From positions 1-35,886 of IMG/VR virus record IMGVR_UViG_3300037478_000284: a stretch of 35,886 nucleotides of DNA. One strand, written 5' to 3'. Position 1 is the stretch's first letter. Each line of letters opens with the position of its first letter. The translations under genes and the position numbers were made by a program. Shown here one piece after another: positions 8,700-17,533 of this stretch. This stretch comes from a virus (taxonomy: Duplodnaviria > Caudoviricetes). The notes under the pieces are model-generated. The model was not told the DNA's origin, made no database searches, and worked only from the letters and a program-made list of their open reading frames with translations.

Positions 8700-9596
8700 T
8701 TACCACTCCCGGTTGTTCGTTGGCGGGTAGTCTTCGAGCAGACGATCTCGCTCCTCCAGCAGGTACTGCCGGTGCAGCGTGAAGTATTCCCGCTGCACGC
8801 CCGACGGGTCTCGGCGCTGCTTGCGGTTGGCCTCGCCGGCACTGACGCTCTCGCTGGACGCCTCGCCGGCCACGGCACCCGTAGCGATCATGTGCACAGC
8901 GCCGTACTTGATGGCCGGCCAGGCCGTCGGACGCAGCCCCGAGTCGGCGAACTCCTGGGCCAGCGTCACCGCAGTGGGTCGCGTGGCGTACGTCACCTGG
9001 ATCGTGGCGCTCGGCAGCTGGGCCTCGTACAGGTCCAGCGTCTTGCCCGTCGGGAAGTCGGTGGTGTCGGCGCTGCGGTTGAACGCCCAGCGGTCGACCA
9101 GCTCCCAGTCCTGGGTGACCCCGCCCAGCGGGGACACCTCGACGCGGAGCACCTTCTCGGCGTCCGCGTTCAGCGGATACGAGATCCGGCCGCTGACCAC
9201 GACGAAGGTCTCTTGCGCCACGCCGTAGATCATAGGGTACGAGTTCTCGATGATGTCGTTGATGGCGTTCAGCACTCGCGCGCGCGGGAAGCGCGGCGTC
9301 ATGGTGACCCGCGTGTTCGCGCCCCAGGTCTGCGCCGCGGTACCCTGGTAGCCCCGCCCGAACGGGGCCACGGTGCACTCGCCCGTGTCCCGGTTCACGC
9401 CGGCCACGAACACCAGCTCGTCGCCGACCTCGGCAATGCCGCGGGACAGCTGCGAAAAGGTGGAGTCCACGGTGAACGACAACGCCGAGGCGTTGATGCC
9501 GGCGGTCAGCCAGGTCAGCTGGCCCACGTCGATGGTGTGGCCCTGGGCCTCGCCCAGCACTTCCTCGACCAGGGCGTCCACGTCGTAGCGTGCCAC
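8700..9596 (-). CDS. Head-tail adaptor (tail tubular A-like)
   Basis: GAGGAGG RBS; 'VLNAINDII..SYP' and C-terminal helices typical of podoviral adaptors; synteny. Confidence 0.6.
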   Translation of the reverse strand: MARYDVDALVEEVLGEAQGHTIDVGQLTWLTAGINASALSFTVDSTFSQLSRGIAEVGDELVFVAGVNRDTGECTVAPFGRGYQGTAAQTWGANTRVTMTPRFPRARVLNAINDIIENSYPMIYGVAQETFVVVSGRISYPLNADAEKVLRVEVSPLGGVTQDWELVDRWAFNRSADTTDFPTGKTLDLYEAQLPSATIQVTYATRPTAVTLAQEFADSGLRPTAWPAIKYGAVHMIATGAVAGEASSESVSAGEANRKQRRDPSGVQREYFTLHRQYLLEERDRLLEDYPPTNNREW

Positions 9597-9609
9597 GGAA
9601 TCCTCCTCG

Positions 9610-9840
9610 TCAGCCCAGCAACACGTTCAGTGCGCCGCGCAGCTCCAGGCCGGTGGTGCCGGCCAGCACGTTGGCCGCGCGGGTGGCCGACAGGCCACTC
9701 GTGAGGGCCTTCACGTTCAGCGCCCGCTCCAGCGACAGGCCCGTGGTGCCGGCGTACACGTTGGCCGCCCGTTCCAGCGACAGGCCCGTGGTGCCGGCGA
9801 GCAGGTTCATGGCCCGCTCCTCTTCGACGTTGTGGCTCAT
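9610..9840 (-). CDS. Small protein made of 15-aa tandem repeats
   Basis: ATG at 9840 overlaps the upstream stop and has a GGAGG RBS; four repeats of approximately A.N..AGTTGLSL.R. Confidence 0.75.
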   Translation of the reverse strand: MSHNVEEERAMNLLAGTTGLSLERAANVYAGTTGLSLERALNVKALTSGLSATRAANVLAGTTGLELRGALNVLLG

Positions 9841-10163
9841 GTCGCCGTCACCTCCGCGACTCGATCGGGATCGGCCGGCTGGTAGCTCCACTCCCTGTCG
9901 GCGCGGTACGCCTCGCCGCGCTCGTTGCTGGCGACGTCGGCCATGTCGATGTCGCGCTGCAACGTGGTGCGAGGCTGGACGCCCTGAGCGCGCAGCTCGC
10001 GGTACTTGTCCAAGCGACCGGAGAATTGCTTCGACTTCGAGCGGTCATGACCCCTGGACGAGTCGGCGCCGAGGATCTGCGCGCCCTTGGCCTTGAGGCA
10101 CTCGCCGTACGACTCGTGATCTCGGGTTCGGCAGCCGGAACTGCACTTGTCGCCTGCGCTCAC
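9837..10163 (-). CDS. Hypothetical protein with Cys/His motif (CSSGC...H.SYGEC)
   Basis: GTGA coupling to neighbours; probable Zn-binding N-terminus. Confidence 0.75.
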   Translation of the reverse strand: MSAGDKCSSGCRTRDHESYGECLKAKGAQILGADSSRGHDRSKSKQFSGRLDKYRELRAQGVQPRTTLQRDIDMADVASNERGEAYRADREWSYQPADPDRVAEVTAT

Positions 10164-10375
10164 AGTGCGTTCCTCAATTCGTTGTGGGCGTCCAGGATGT
10201 TGTCGACGCGCGCGTAGCGTTTGGGCAGCTCGGCCAGGAAGGCCTGCTCCACGCGGTGCCGCTGGGAGTCGGTCTTGGCCGCGTCGTGCGCAGTTCCGAA
10301 CTCCCGCCGCAACCGTATGACTTCGCCGGAGGCGTCCATGAACGCCTCCTCGTGTCCCGTCTTGCGCAGTGCCAT
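10160..10375 (-). CDS. Hypothetical protein
   Basis: GGGGAG RBS; coupled to the downstream gene. Confidence 0.7.
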   Translation of the reverse strand: MALRKTGHEEAFMDASGEVIRLRREFGTAHDAAKTDSQRHRVEQAFLAELPKRYARVDNILDAHNELRNAL

Positions 10376-10386
10376 CGCGACTCCCC

Positions 10387-11904
10387 TCAGTTAGGCGTCG
10401 GGCTGTAGCCCGACGCGACCAGCACGCTGGCCACGGCCGACGGCACGTTGTCGTAGACGTGTCCGCCGACGAAGTAGTCCACGCCCTCGACGCCGTCCTC
10501 GGTGTCGACGACCCAGTACCTAGACGTCTCGTACAGGCCGGTGCTCGCGTTCAGTTTGACCGACCGGCCCTGCTGGTACGTGGTGAACTTGTCCAGGAAC
10601 GCGTGGTTGACGTACCGCGGGTGATGCCGCTCCTCGCTGGGCGGGACGAACGTGTACGTCACGGTCCCTGTCGTGACCGGCAGCGCCGTCTCGGTCTCGG
10701 TGATCAGGCCCAGGGGGACGGCAATCGGGCCGCTGAGCGTGAGCGTGACCGCCTGCGCAGTCTCGGTCTCGGTGACCAGTCCGAGCACGACGCTCTCGTG
10801 CGTCGACACGGCCAGTCCGGTCTCGGTCTCGCCTGGCAGACCCAAAGTCAGGGTCTCGCGGATCGAAGTCGGCAGGCCGGTCTCGGCTTCGGTGACCAGG
10901 CCGAGGGCGATTTCCTGTGCCGCCCCGCCCTGTTGCACTGTCACCGGCTGAGCCGTCTCGGTCTCCGCGACCAGGCCGAAGGTGACGCTCTCCCTGACGG
11001 TGGCCGCTTGGGCGGCCTCCGTTTCTGCGGTCAGACCCAGGACGACGCTTTCGCGCAGGGCGACCGGTTGCGAAGCCTCAGTCTCGGCGACCAGGCCCAG
11101 GTTTACGGTGATCGGGCTGCCCTGCTCCACGGTGATCGGCTGGGCCGTCTCGGTTTCCGTGGTCAGGCCAAGGACCACGTTCTCGCGCAGCGTTGCGACC
11201 TGCGAGGTCTCGGTCTCCGTGACCAGACCCAAGTCAACGTTCGTTACCGGCGGTGCCGGGCGAACCGCGATGGTCCATGCCGTCCATTGCTCGGCCGCCG
11301 AGATGGTTGCCGTGCCGGGATCCTCGTTCGGGGCGGCCAGCTCGCGGGTCGCCATGGCGACGCCACAGCCGTTCGAGTTGGCCCAGCGGCTGGTGGTCTG
11401 GCTGTCGTTGTAGTTCGCCGGGTATGACGTGTGGGAAACGTTGCCGTCCCAGCCGTAGGCGACGACCCAGAGCGTGTCCTCGGTGCCCCAGGACAGGTCG
11501 CCCGCTGTCGGCTGTCGGAACGGGTTAGGGGCGTTGGTGTTGCCAGAGGCGCCCCCCGCAGAGATCGGGTCGGTCGTCGGATGCGCCCCGGTAACCTTCG
11601 CCCAGGCGTGCGCCCAGCCCTCGCTCGCGCCCGTGATGGTGATCGAGTTTCCGGTGCCGCCCCAGCCCTCGGTACCGTCGATGCGCCGGAACCGGGTCCA
11701 GCCGATCGTGGCGCCGCTGGACACGGCTGCGCCCAGGTTGGTCCACGCCGGGCTGGCCGGCCAGGTCTGCGCCCCGGTGCCGTCCTTGTGAACTGACAGG
11801 ATGACGATGTCGCCGACGGCCAGATTGTCGGGCAAGGACGCTACGTAGCTGCCGGTGTTCGCGCCCGAGTTGGCCGACCCCGTGGTGTCCGTCGGGAAGG
11901 TCAC
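10387..11904 (-). CDS. Putative virion appendage protein with repeat stalk
   Basis: Beta-rich N-terminal domain, nine approximately 21-aa 'LGLV.ETET.Q' repeats, C-terminal 'GGHVY...A..L.A.GY' module. Confidence 0.75.
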   Translation of the reverse strand: MTFPTDTTGSANSGANTGSYVASLPDNLAVGDIVILSVHKDGTGAQTWPASPAWTNLGAAVSSGATIGWTRFRRIDGTEGWGGTGNSITITGASEGWAHAWAKVTGAHPTTDPISAGGASGNTNAPNPFRQPTAGDLSWGTEDTLWVVAYGWDGNVSHTSYPANYNDSQTTSRWANSNGCGVAMATRELAAPNEDPGTATISAAEQWTAWTIAVRPAPPVTNVDLGLVTETETSQVATLRENVVLGLTTETETAQPITVEQGSPITVNLGLVAETEASQPVALRESVVLGLTAETEAAQAATVRESVTFGLVAETETAQPVTVQQGGAAQEIALGLVTEAETGLPTSIRETLTLGLPGETETGLAVSTHESVVLGLVTETETAQAVTLTLSGPIAVPLGLITETETALPVTTGTVTYTFVPPSEERHHPRYVNHAFLDKFTTYQQGRSVKLNASTGLYETSRYWVVDTEDGVEGVDYFVGGHVYDNVPSAVASVLVASGYSPTPN

Positions 11905-11921
11905 GGATCAGCCCCCCTTGG

Positions 11922-12422
11922 TTACGACGAGCGCCAGAACCCCGCCGCGTTGGGCACCAGAACGACGTCGTTGCCGTCCGGCGTGAGCACCGCGGCGTAG
12001 GCGCACAGCGGAATGACCGCCGAGTCGGCGGAACCCGTGTCGGGACGGAAGCACAGCAGGAACTTGCCGACCGCGTTGCCGGCCAACGCCGTGTACGTGA
12101 CGTCGGGCAAGTCCAGGTCGAGTCGGTTGTTGGTGTCGTCGGGCGCCGGCAGCGCGAGCAGGGCGACGTCGTCCAGCACCTTGCGCGCCTGGTTGGTCTG
12201 CTCGTTGTTGGCCGCCGCGAGCAGCGTCGACAGGTCGTCGTAGTTGTTGAGCGTGTCGTCGGCCTCGATGCCGGTAGTCTCGATGGGCACAAAGACGAAC
12301 GCCGCGTTGGCGGTCGAAGTGAACTGTCCGGCCGTGGCAAGGACGAGGCTGTTCTTGACGGCGTAGTAGTAGTACTTCAACGCGCCCCTGGCGATGTTGA
12401 ATACGAAGTCGGAGCCAGCCAT
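11922..12422 (-). CDS. Hypothetical virion-associated protein
   Basis: AGGAGG RBS; 'FVFNIARG', 'DDTNNR.DLD.PD.T.T' pattern; structural context. Confidence 0.7.
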   Translation of the reverse strand: MAGSDFVFNIARGALKYYYYAVKNSLVLATAGQFTSTANAAFVFVPIETTGIEADDTLNNYDDLSTLLAAANNEQTNQARKVLDDVALLALPAPDDTNNRLDLDLPDVTYTALAGNAVGKFLLCFRPDTGSADSAVIPLCAYAAVLTPDGNDVVLVPNAAGFWRSS

Positions 12423-12447
12423 GGCCGTTTCCCCTCCTGGGTCGGGC

Positions 12448-12471
12448 GGGTGGCGCCCGAAGGCGCCACCC
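12448..12471 (-). terminator. GC-rich hairpin with cUUCGg loop
   Basis: 10-bp stem GGGTGGCGCC-TTCG-GGCGCCACCC on the minus strand just after the head-fibre stop; no U-tail. Confidence 0.6.
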
Positions 12472-12477
12472 CGTTGG

Positions 12478-12639
12478 TCAGTCCAGCTCGGCGATGAGCG
12501 CGTTGAGCTTGGTCTTGAGTTCGTTGATCAGGTCGGCCTCGGGCTGGCCGTACGTGGCGTCAGCGTTTGCGGTTGCAACCGGAGCCACCGCCGTACGGAC
12601 GGCGCCCGTGGCGCCCCCAAGCGATTCCACGAGAGGCAT
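12478..12639 (-). CDS. Putative head fibre / capsid decoration peptide, 53 aa (absent from the ORF track)
   Basis: Read by hand: MPLVESLGGATGAVRTAVAPVATANADATYGQPEADLINELKTKLNALIAELD; strong AGGAGG RBS; follows the capsid gene. Confidence 0.75.
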   Translation of the reverse strand: MPLVESLGGATGAVRTAVAPVATANADATYGQPEADLINELKTKLNALIAELD

Positions 12640-12663
12640 ACTGTCCCTCCCTCCTGCGTGTCG

Positions 12664-12689
12664 GGCGCGGGCGCCGAAGCGCCCGCGCC
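12664..12689 (-). terminator. GC-rich hairpin with cUUCGg loop after the major capsid gene
   Basis: 11-bp stem GGCGCGGGCGC-TTCG-GCGCCCGCGCC on the minus strand. Confidence 0.65.
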
Positions 12690-12708
12690 GTCGTCAGTGA
12701 CCCTCAGG

Positions 12709-13731
12709 TCAGCCAGATTGGCCGCCGGAGAAGCCGTGGTGGATCCGGTGCATCGCTTCCTGCCGGAACGTGGTGAACCCGAGGGTTCCGTACCAGTGGA
12801 TGTCGACGTGCCGGCGGTAGGGGTCGACCATCGGGCCGACGCCGGGACCGGGCTCGCGCTTGACCCACTGGGCCAGCGCCTCGCGGCCGAAGATCATCGT
12901 CTGATGAACGTCGATGCCGCCGGAACCGGCGTTGTCCACGAAGCGCGCCCGCGGGGTCTCCGCGAAGATGGCACCCGCGTGCACACCGGTCTCGCCGGAG
13001 TAGATGGCTCCGGTGTCGACGTTGATGTGCGGCGGGCTCCACGCCACCGAACCCGCGTCCTCCTGGTAGTCCACGGAGACGTCGGGATGGACGATGGCCT
13101 GGTACAGCGCCCCACGGATGGGCCGCACCGAGGCGCTGCGCAGCTTGGCCACGACGCGCCGCACGATCCGGGCCGACAGGACGTCGGTGGTCAGCAGCGT
13201 GTTGTTGGCCGCGGCGGGAGTCTCGATCGCGCCAGCGTTCGAGGTCCACAGCTGCGTCGCCGGGAGAGGCACGGTGGAGTCGCCGGCTTCGGTGCCGGTG
13301 TTCACGACCTGCGAGCCCGAGTACAGCTCGTCGCCGACCATGGCGTCCAGGGTGTCCGCCATGTGCGTGACCAGCTGCTCGTTCATCACCGGGTCGAGGG
13401 GGATGTACGCGGTGTCACCCGCGAACGTGGTCCGGCCCACGCGGTTGCCGTGCTCCTTGAGCAGCAGCTTGACGTAGGTCGATGCGCCCGGCTGGACCTG
13501 GTCACTCGCGATGACCTCGTCCAGAACGTGCCGGTTGGCCGCCACCGTCAGGTAGCGGTGCTTGGGAATGTAGGCGATCTTGCCTTGGTTGGTGAGATCC
13601 GCGGGCTCCACCGAGACCCACTGCCGGAACAGGGGGCGACTTCGAAGGTCGAAGTACGCCATCCTGGCCCAGGCCGGGTGCAGCAGTGGAGCACCGAAGG
13701 TGCTCACACTGGTGACTGGGCTGTTTGCCAT
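12709..13731 (-). CDS. Major capsid protein (HK97 fold, N4-gp56-like)
   Basis: 340 aa; 'LKEHGN', 'YQAIVHPDV..D', 'IYSGETG...G..F.ETP', 'FG.EALA', 'WYG.LGF'; follows the scaffold gene. Confidence 0.9.
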   Translation of the reverse strand: MANSPVTSVSTFGAPLLHPAWARMAYFDLRSRPLFRQWVSVEPADLTNQGKIAYIPKHRYLTVAANRHVLDEVIASDQVQPGASTYVKLLLKEHGNRVGRTTFAGDTAYIPLDPVMNEQLVTHMADTLDAMVGDELYSGSQVVNTGTEAGDSTVPLPATQLWTSNAGAIETPAAANNTLLTTDVLSARIVRRVVAKLRSASVRPIRGALYQAIVHPDVSVDYQEDAGSVAWSPPHINVDTGAIYSGETGVHAGAIFAETPRARFVDNAGSGGIDVHQTMIFGREALAQWVKREPGPGVGPMVDPYRRHVDIHWYGTLGFTTFRQEAMHRIHHGFSGGQSG

Positions 13732-13766
13732 GTCTCTTCCTTGAGGTGTTCAGCCCAGGCGCGGGT

Positions 13767-14357
13767 TCAGTGACCCTGAACCGCGCCGGGGACAGTCTTG
13801 AGACGCCTCACGTAGTCCTCGACCGACAACGCGCCCTCGGTCGCCACGGTGATCGAATCGTGTACCGCTTCGAAGCTGCCCGGCTGGTGGGAGCCCGGGG
13901 TGCTCGGAACGGCGCCAACGACGGCGGCGTAGTTGGCCGCCTGGTCTGCGTCCATGCCGGACGGCAGTCGCTGGCCGAGTGGTGTCGACGGCGTGCCGGG
14001 CGCTGCAGCAGCGGCGTCAGCCGGTGCCCCAGCGTCGCCACCAGTCTCGGCTCCGGCGGGCGGGGTCTCGCCCTCTCCGGCCGACTGGGCGGCGAAGTGC
14101 TGGCCGTACGTGGCATACCACTCGTTGGGATCGGAATCACCGACAAGTCCGGCGAGATCCGCGGACAGGCCCTTGTCCTTGAGGAAGTCCGCCGTCTTGC
14201 GCTCGCGCAATTCCTTGGCGAGCTTGGCGTTCTCCTCCTGCGCGTTCTTGGCCGCCGTCGACTGACGTTCGGCGTACTCGCGCAGCTCCTTCGGCAACTG
14301 CTTCATTGCCTCGGGATCGGACAACAGGGCCTCGAAGTCGATGTTCGATTCGGACAT
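13767..14357 (-). CDS. Capsid scaffolding protein
   Basis: N-terminal coiled coil, acidic low-complexity C-terminus, immediately upstream of the capsid gene; GGGAG RBS. Confidence 0.8.
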   Translation of the reverse strand: MSESNIDFEALLSDPEAMKQLPKELREYAERQSTAAKNAQEENAKLAKELRERKTADFLKDKGLSADLAGLVGDSDPNEWYATYGQHFAAQSAGEGETPPAGAETGGDAGAPADAAAAAPGTPSTPLGQRLPSGMDADQAANYAAVVGAVPSTPGSHQPGSFEAVHDSITVATEGALSVEDYVRRLKTVPGAVQGH

Positions 14358-14512
14358 GAGGTGATACTCCCTTTTGCGTGTGTTGGCAAACGCCCAGTTC
14401 CGGTCGGGAGGTTGCCGGCATCGGGCCGACGGTTTGGACTGGGGACCAACGGTGGAAGGCGCGTCTTGCGTGTCACGCTATGCGACTGCGCACCCAATGC
14501 GTCGCTGGCGAG

Positions 14513-14585
14513 CTGACCATCCAGGACTCGAACCTGGGACCCGCGGATTAACAATCCGCCGCTCTGCCGACTGAGCTAATGGCCA
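14513..14585 (-). tRNA. tRNA-Asn (GTT), CCA not encoded
   Basis: Cloverleaf TGGCCAT-TA-GCTC-AGTCGGCA-GAGC-G-GCGGA-TTGTTAA-TCCGC-GGGTC-CCAGG-TTCGAGT-CCTGG-ATGGTCA-G. Confidence 0.95.
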
Positions 14586-14629
14586 TGGGGTGTTTCGCGT
14601 CACGCGAAACACCGTCGTTCGGGAAACAC

Positions 14630-15478
14630 TCACGTCGAGAACTTGCGCGGTCGCCGCAGCGACTCCACGCGAACCCCGGATCCGCCGCCGAAGCGGGCGC
14701 GCTCGCCCGCCGACAGCTTCTCCAGCCGGCGCTGCTGCGTGCCGGACTGGCCGAAGGTGACCTCCTCCAGGTCGGAGACCGTGACCTCCTGGCCCTCGAT
14801 CTCGCCCAGCTTGGCGTAGTCGGGCAGCTGTTGCGCGATCCGGCCGTAGCCGGTTCGCGCCTCGCCGATGTTGAGGCCCTGCGAGTACAGCAACTCGGCC
14901 GCGGTCTGCGAGTAGTCGAAGCCGGCGCGCTCGCGCTCGGCGCCCAGCAGCGTGGTCTCGATCTGGCGCTCCAGGATCGGTGCCGCCCGGGTGACGTCCA
15001 GGTAGTAGGACGCCAGGTCGTCCACCGACAGACCCGTGATCCGCATGAGCACGTCCCGCTGCAGCGGGTCGATCGTGTTGACCAGTTCGCGAGCGCGGTC
15101 GGCGCGCTGCTTGATCTCGGCCGGCGCGATGTCCAGCGAGATGAACTTGTGGAAGTCCTCCGGGCCGTCGTAGAAGCCGACCGGCATGCCGGCGGCCTGC
15201 AGCGCCTGGCGGTAACCCTCCTCGGTGCGCAGGTAGTCGGCGGGGCTTAGCACCGGCAGGCCCGCCTTGAGACGAAGCTCGTTGCCCTGGAAGCGTTGCG
15301 TGTACTCGGGCGTGTCCTGCAGCAGCAGCACCAGGGTGTCGCCCGAGTAGCCGTTCTGCACGTACTCGACGATCTTCGGGGCCAGCGAACCCAGTCCGTA
15401 GGACTCGAACAGCTGGATCATCGCCGCCGCGGCGTCGCGGTCGGCACCCGACAGCTCATTGATCCACTCGTTGGCCAC
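14630..15478 (-). CDS. Putative internal virion (ejection) protein
   Basis: Helical protein; 'YTQRFQGNELR.KAGL..LSPADYL..E..Y'; lies between portal and scaffold genes. Confidence 0.6.
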   Translation of the reverse strand: MANEWINELSGADRDAAAAMIQLFESYGLGSLAPKIVEYVQNGYSGDTLVLLLQDTPEYTQRFQGNELRLKAGLPVLSPADYLRTEEGYRQALQAAGMPVGFYDGPEDFHKFISLDIAPAEIKQRADRARELVNTIDPLQRDVLMRITGLSVDDLASYYLDVTRAAPILERQIETTLLGAERERAGFDYSQTAAELLYSQGLNIGEARTGYGRIAQQLPDYAKLGEIEGQEVTVSDLEEVTFGQSGTQQRRLEKLSAGERARFGGGSGVRVESLRRPRKFST

Positions 15479-15491
15479 CGTCAGCTCCTCG

Positions 15492-16364
15492 TCACCAGGT
15501 CACGCCGAAGGCCTGCAGCACGCCGTGCGCCGCCTCCATGTAGCTGTCCTGCGCGTTCTTGGTCTTGCCCCACTTCGCGGTCTTGCGCACCCGCGTCTCG
15601 AAGTCCTCCAGGCTGATCGGCGAGAACTTGCCGTCCTTGCCCTTGGAGTTGATGGCGCTGCGAATGTCGCTGTTTCGCAGGTTGACCTGCGACGGGTCCA
15701 GCTCCATTAGCTCGGCGTAGCGGTCGAGGTAGCCCGACGCCAGTTCACGAACCGTCACGCCGGCCCGGATCTCGTCTCGGTACCCGGGGAACTCGGCCGC
15801 AGCCCGGCGCTGAATCTCGGACAGCAGCTCCTGCTCGTCCCAAGTGCCCTTGGCCACCCGGCCCAGCCAGTCGGCCATTACCGAATTGCCGATGCTGATG
15901 CCGTTGTTCTCGGCGGCCGCGCGAACGCGCACCAGGGTCTGGCCAAGCGTGCCACCAACACGTCCGCCAGCGCGGACTCGCCTCTTGAGGTACTCGGTGC
16001 TGACCCGCTGCCGGAGTTCGAACTCGGACCACTGGTTGACGAACGCCAACCTTGCCCACGAACTCAGGTTGGCGATCGGCAAGCCCAGCTCGGCGGACAT
16101 CTTGTGGATGTTGGACTTGACGACGGCCAGTTGGCGACGATACTCGGCCGGATCCTGCACCCTGAGCGCCTGCGCCTTGCGCACGGCTTCGGCGTGGTTC
16201 TTGTACCACTTGGTGTTCTTGGACTCGGCGAGCAGCCGGTCGGGACTGTAGCCGTCGTTGAGCGCCTTGTTGAACAGCTTCCACAGCTCGGGGGTCTGCC
16301 GCCAGAAGGCCACGTTTGTGCCGGCCATGGCGGCCATCATCTGCTTCTCTTCGGTGGTGGCCAC
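15492..16364 (-). CDS. Putative internal virion (ejection) protein
   Basis: GTG at 16364 with GAGGGGG RBS; basic and helical; 'W.KT.NA' C-terminal motif. Confidence 0.6.
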   Translation of the reverse strand: MATTEEKQMMAAMAGTNVAFWRQTPELWKLFNKALNDGYSPDRLLAESKNTKWYKNHAEAVRKAQALRVQDPAEYRRQLAVVKSNIHKMSAELGLPIANLSSWARLAFVNQWSEFELRQRVSTEYLKRRVRAGGRVGGTLGQTLVRVRAAAENNGISIGNSVMADWLGRVAKGTWDEQELLSEIQRRAAAEFPGYRDEIRAGVTVRELASGYLDRYAELMELDPSQVNLRNSDIRSAINSKGKDGKFSPISLEDFETRVRKTAKWGKTKNAQDSYMEAAHGVLQAFGVTW

Positions 16365-16375
16365 GCTCGCCCCCC

Positions 16376-17533
16376 TCAGAACTCTTGTGCGCCAGCGCGA
16401 CCGCTGGGACTGGTGGTGGCTCCGACGGTGGACTGCTGGCCGGTGGACAGGAAGTCCGGGCCCCACTCGAAGTCGGGATCCAGGTCAGTGTCCATGTCGA
16501 GACTGGCCTGTTGCTCCAGCGAGGCGGCGGGCCCCGCAGTCGCCGACTCGGCCGGACCGCCGGCCATAACGGACGAGAACGGGCCCTCCTGCTGAGGCAG
16601 GGTCTGTATGGTGTCCAACGGGCCCAGGCCGGCCATGACCTCCCACGGGTTGTTCCAGGTGGTCTGCTGGTTGGCGTGGAACGTGTCGTAGCCGCCCACC
16701 GGGTAGACGCCCGCGCCAGGATTGCCCAGCACCGCCCTGGCCAACTCCTCCCAGCGCGCGTACGCCTCCGGGAAGGCCGAACGCTGCACCGCCTGCGCCG
16801 CCACCGTGAGCCTCATACCGCCACGGTTTCGGATCCTGAGCAGGTTCTCGAAGAACTTGGCCGCCGCGTACCGCGGGTTCATGATCTGCGATCGTGTACC
16901 CCAGCCGGCGGAAGGGCGCTGCTGGAACAGGCCGAGGGAGTCCCGGTCCCCGTAGTTCAAGTTCTCCAGCCTGGACTCCTGGAACGCGGTCATCAGGCTG
17001 ATCACCAGGTCGCGCTCGTTGGCGCCCATCTGGCGCCCCACGGAGACGATGGTCTGCGCGTTCTGCAGCTGCTCGCGCGACAGGCGCACGCCGCCATAGT
17101 AGCCGGGCGTCGAACGCTGGTTGCCACTCATGCCGGCGCTGGAGGCCCGGTAGTCCGAGTTGAGCCACTGTCGCGGATCCACCGGCTTGCCGTTGCGCCG
17201 CACCTCGAAGTGCGAGTGCGGGCCGGTCGAGTTGCCCGTCGAACCCACGTAGCCCAGCGTCATGCCGCGCTGCACGCGCATGCCGGGACGCACCGCGTTG
17301 CGCGAGTGGTGCGCGTAGAAGCCCACCGTGCCGTCGTCGTGTTGCACCTTGACCAGGTTGCCGTAGCCGCCGGACCAGCCGGAGAAGATGACCCGGCCGG
17401 GCACCACGGCACGCACCAGCGTGCCGTACGGTGCCGCGAAGTCCATGCCCGAGTGGCCGCCACTGGAGCGGAAGCCGCCCAGGAATTGGCCGGTGATCCG
17501 GTAGGAGCCGGGGACTGGCGCGTAGTAGCCCAT
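16376..17533 (-). CDS. Virion-associated peptidoglycan hydrolase: M23 peptidase plus lysozyme/transglycosylase-like domain
   Basis: 'HSGMDF' (HxxxD), 'GGYGN', 'YAH', 'GSTGNSTGPHSHFE' (HxH); then 'MTAFQES.L.NL.YGDRDSLGLFQQRPS.GWG', 'AQAVQRSAFP..YA'. Confidence 0.9.
   Translation of the reverse strand: MGYYAPVPGSYRITGQFLGGFRSSGGHSGMDFAAPYGTLVRAVVPGRVIFSGWSGGYGNLVKVQHDDGTVGFYAHHSRNAVRPGMRVQRGMTLGYVGSTGNSTGPHSHFEVRRNGKPVDPRQWLNSDYRASSAGMSGNQRSTPGYYGGVRLSREQLQNAQTIVSVGRQMGANERDLVISLMTAFQESRLENLNYGDRDSLGLFQQRPSAGWGTRSQIMNPRYAAAKFFENLLRIRNRGGMRLTVAAQAVQRSAFPEAYARWEELARAVLGNPGAGVYPVGGYDTFHANQQTTWNNPWEVMAGLGPLDTIQTLPQQEGPFSSVMAGGPAESATAGPAASLEQQASLDMDTDLDPDFEWGPDFLSTGQQSTVGATTSPSGRAGAQEF

Noticed and set aside
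12704-13249. T7 10B-like frameshift extension of the capsid protein
   Set aside because: The alternative frame ends only 5 nt beyond the capsid stop and no slippery sequence is evident
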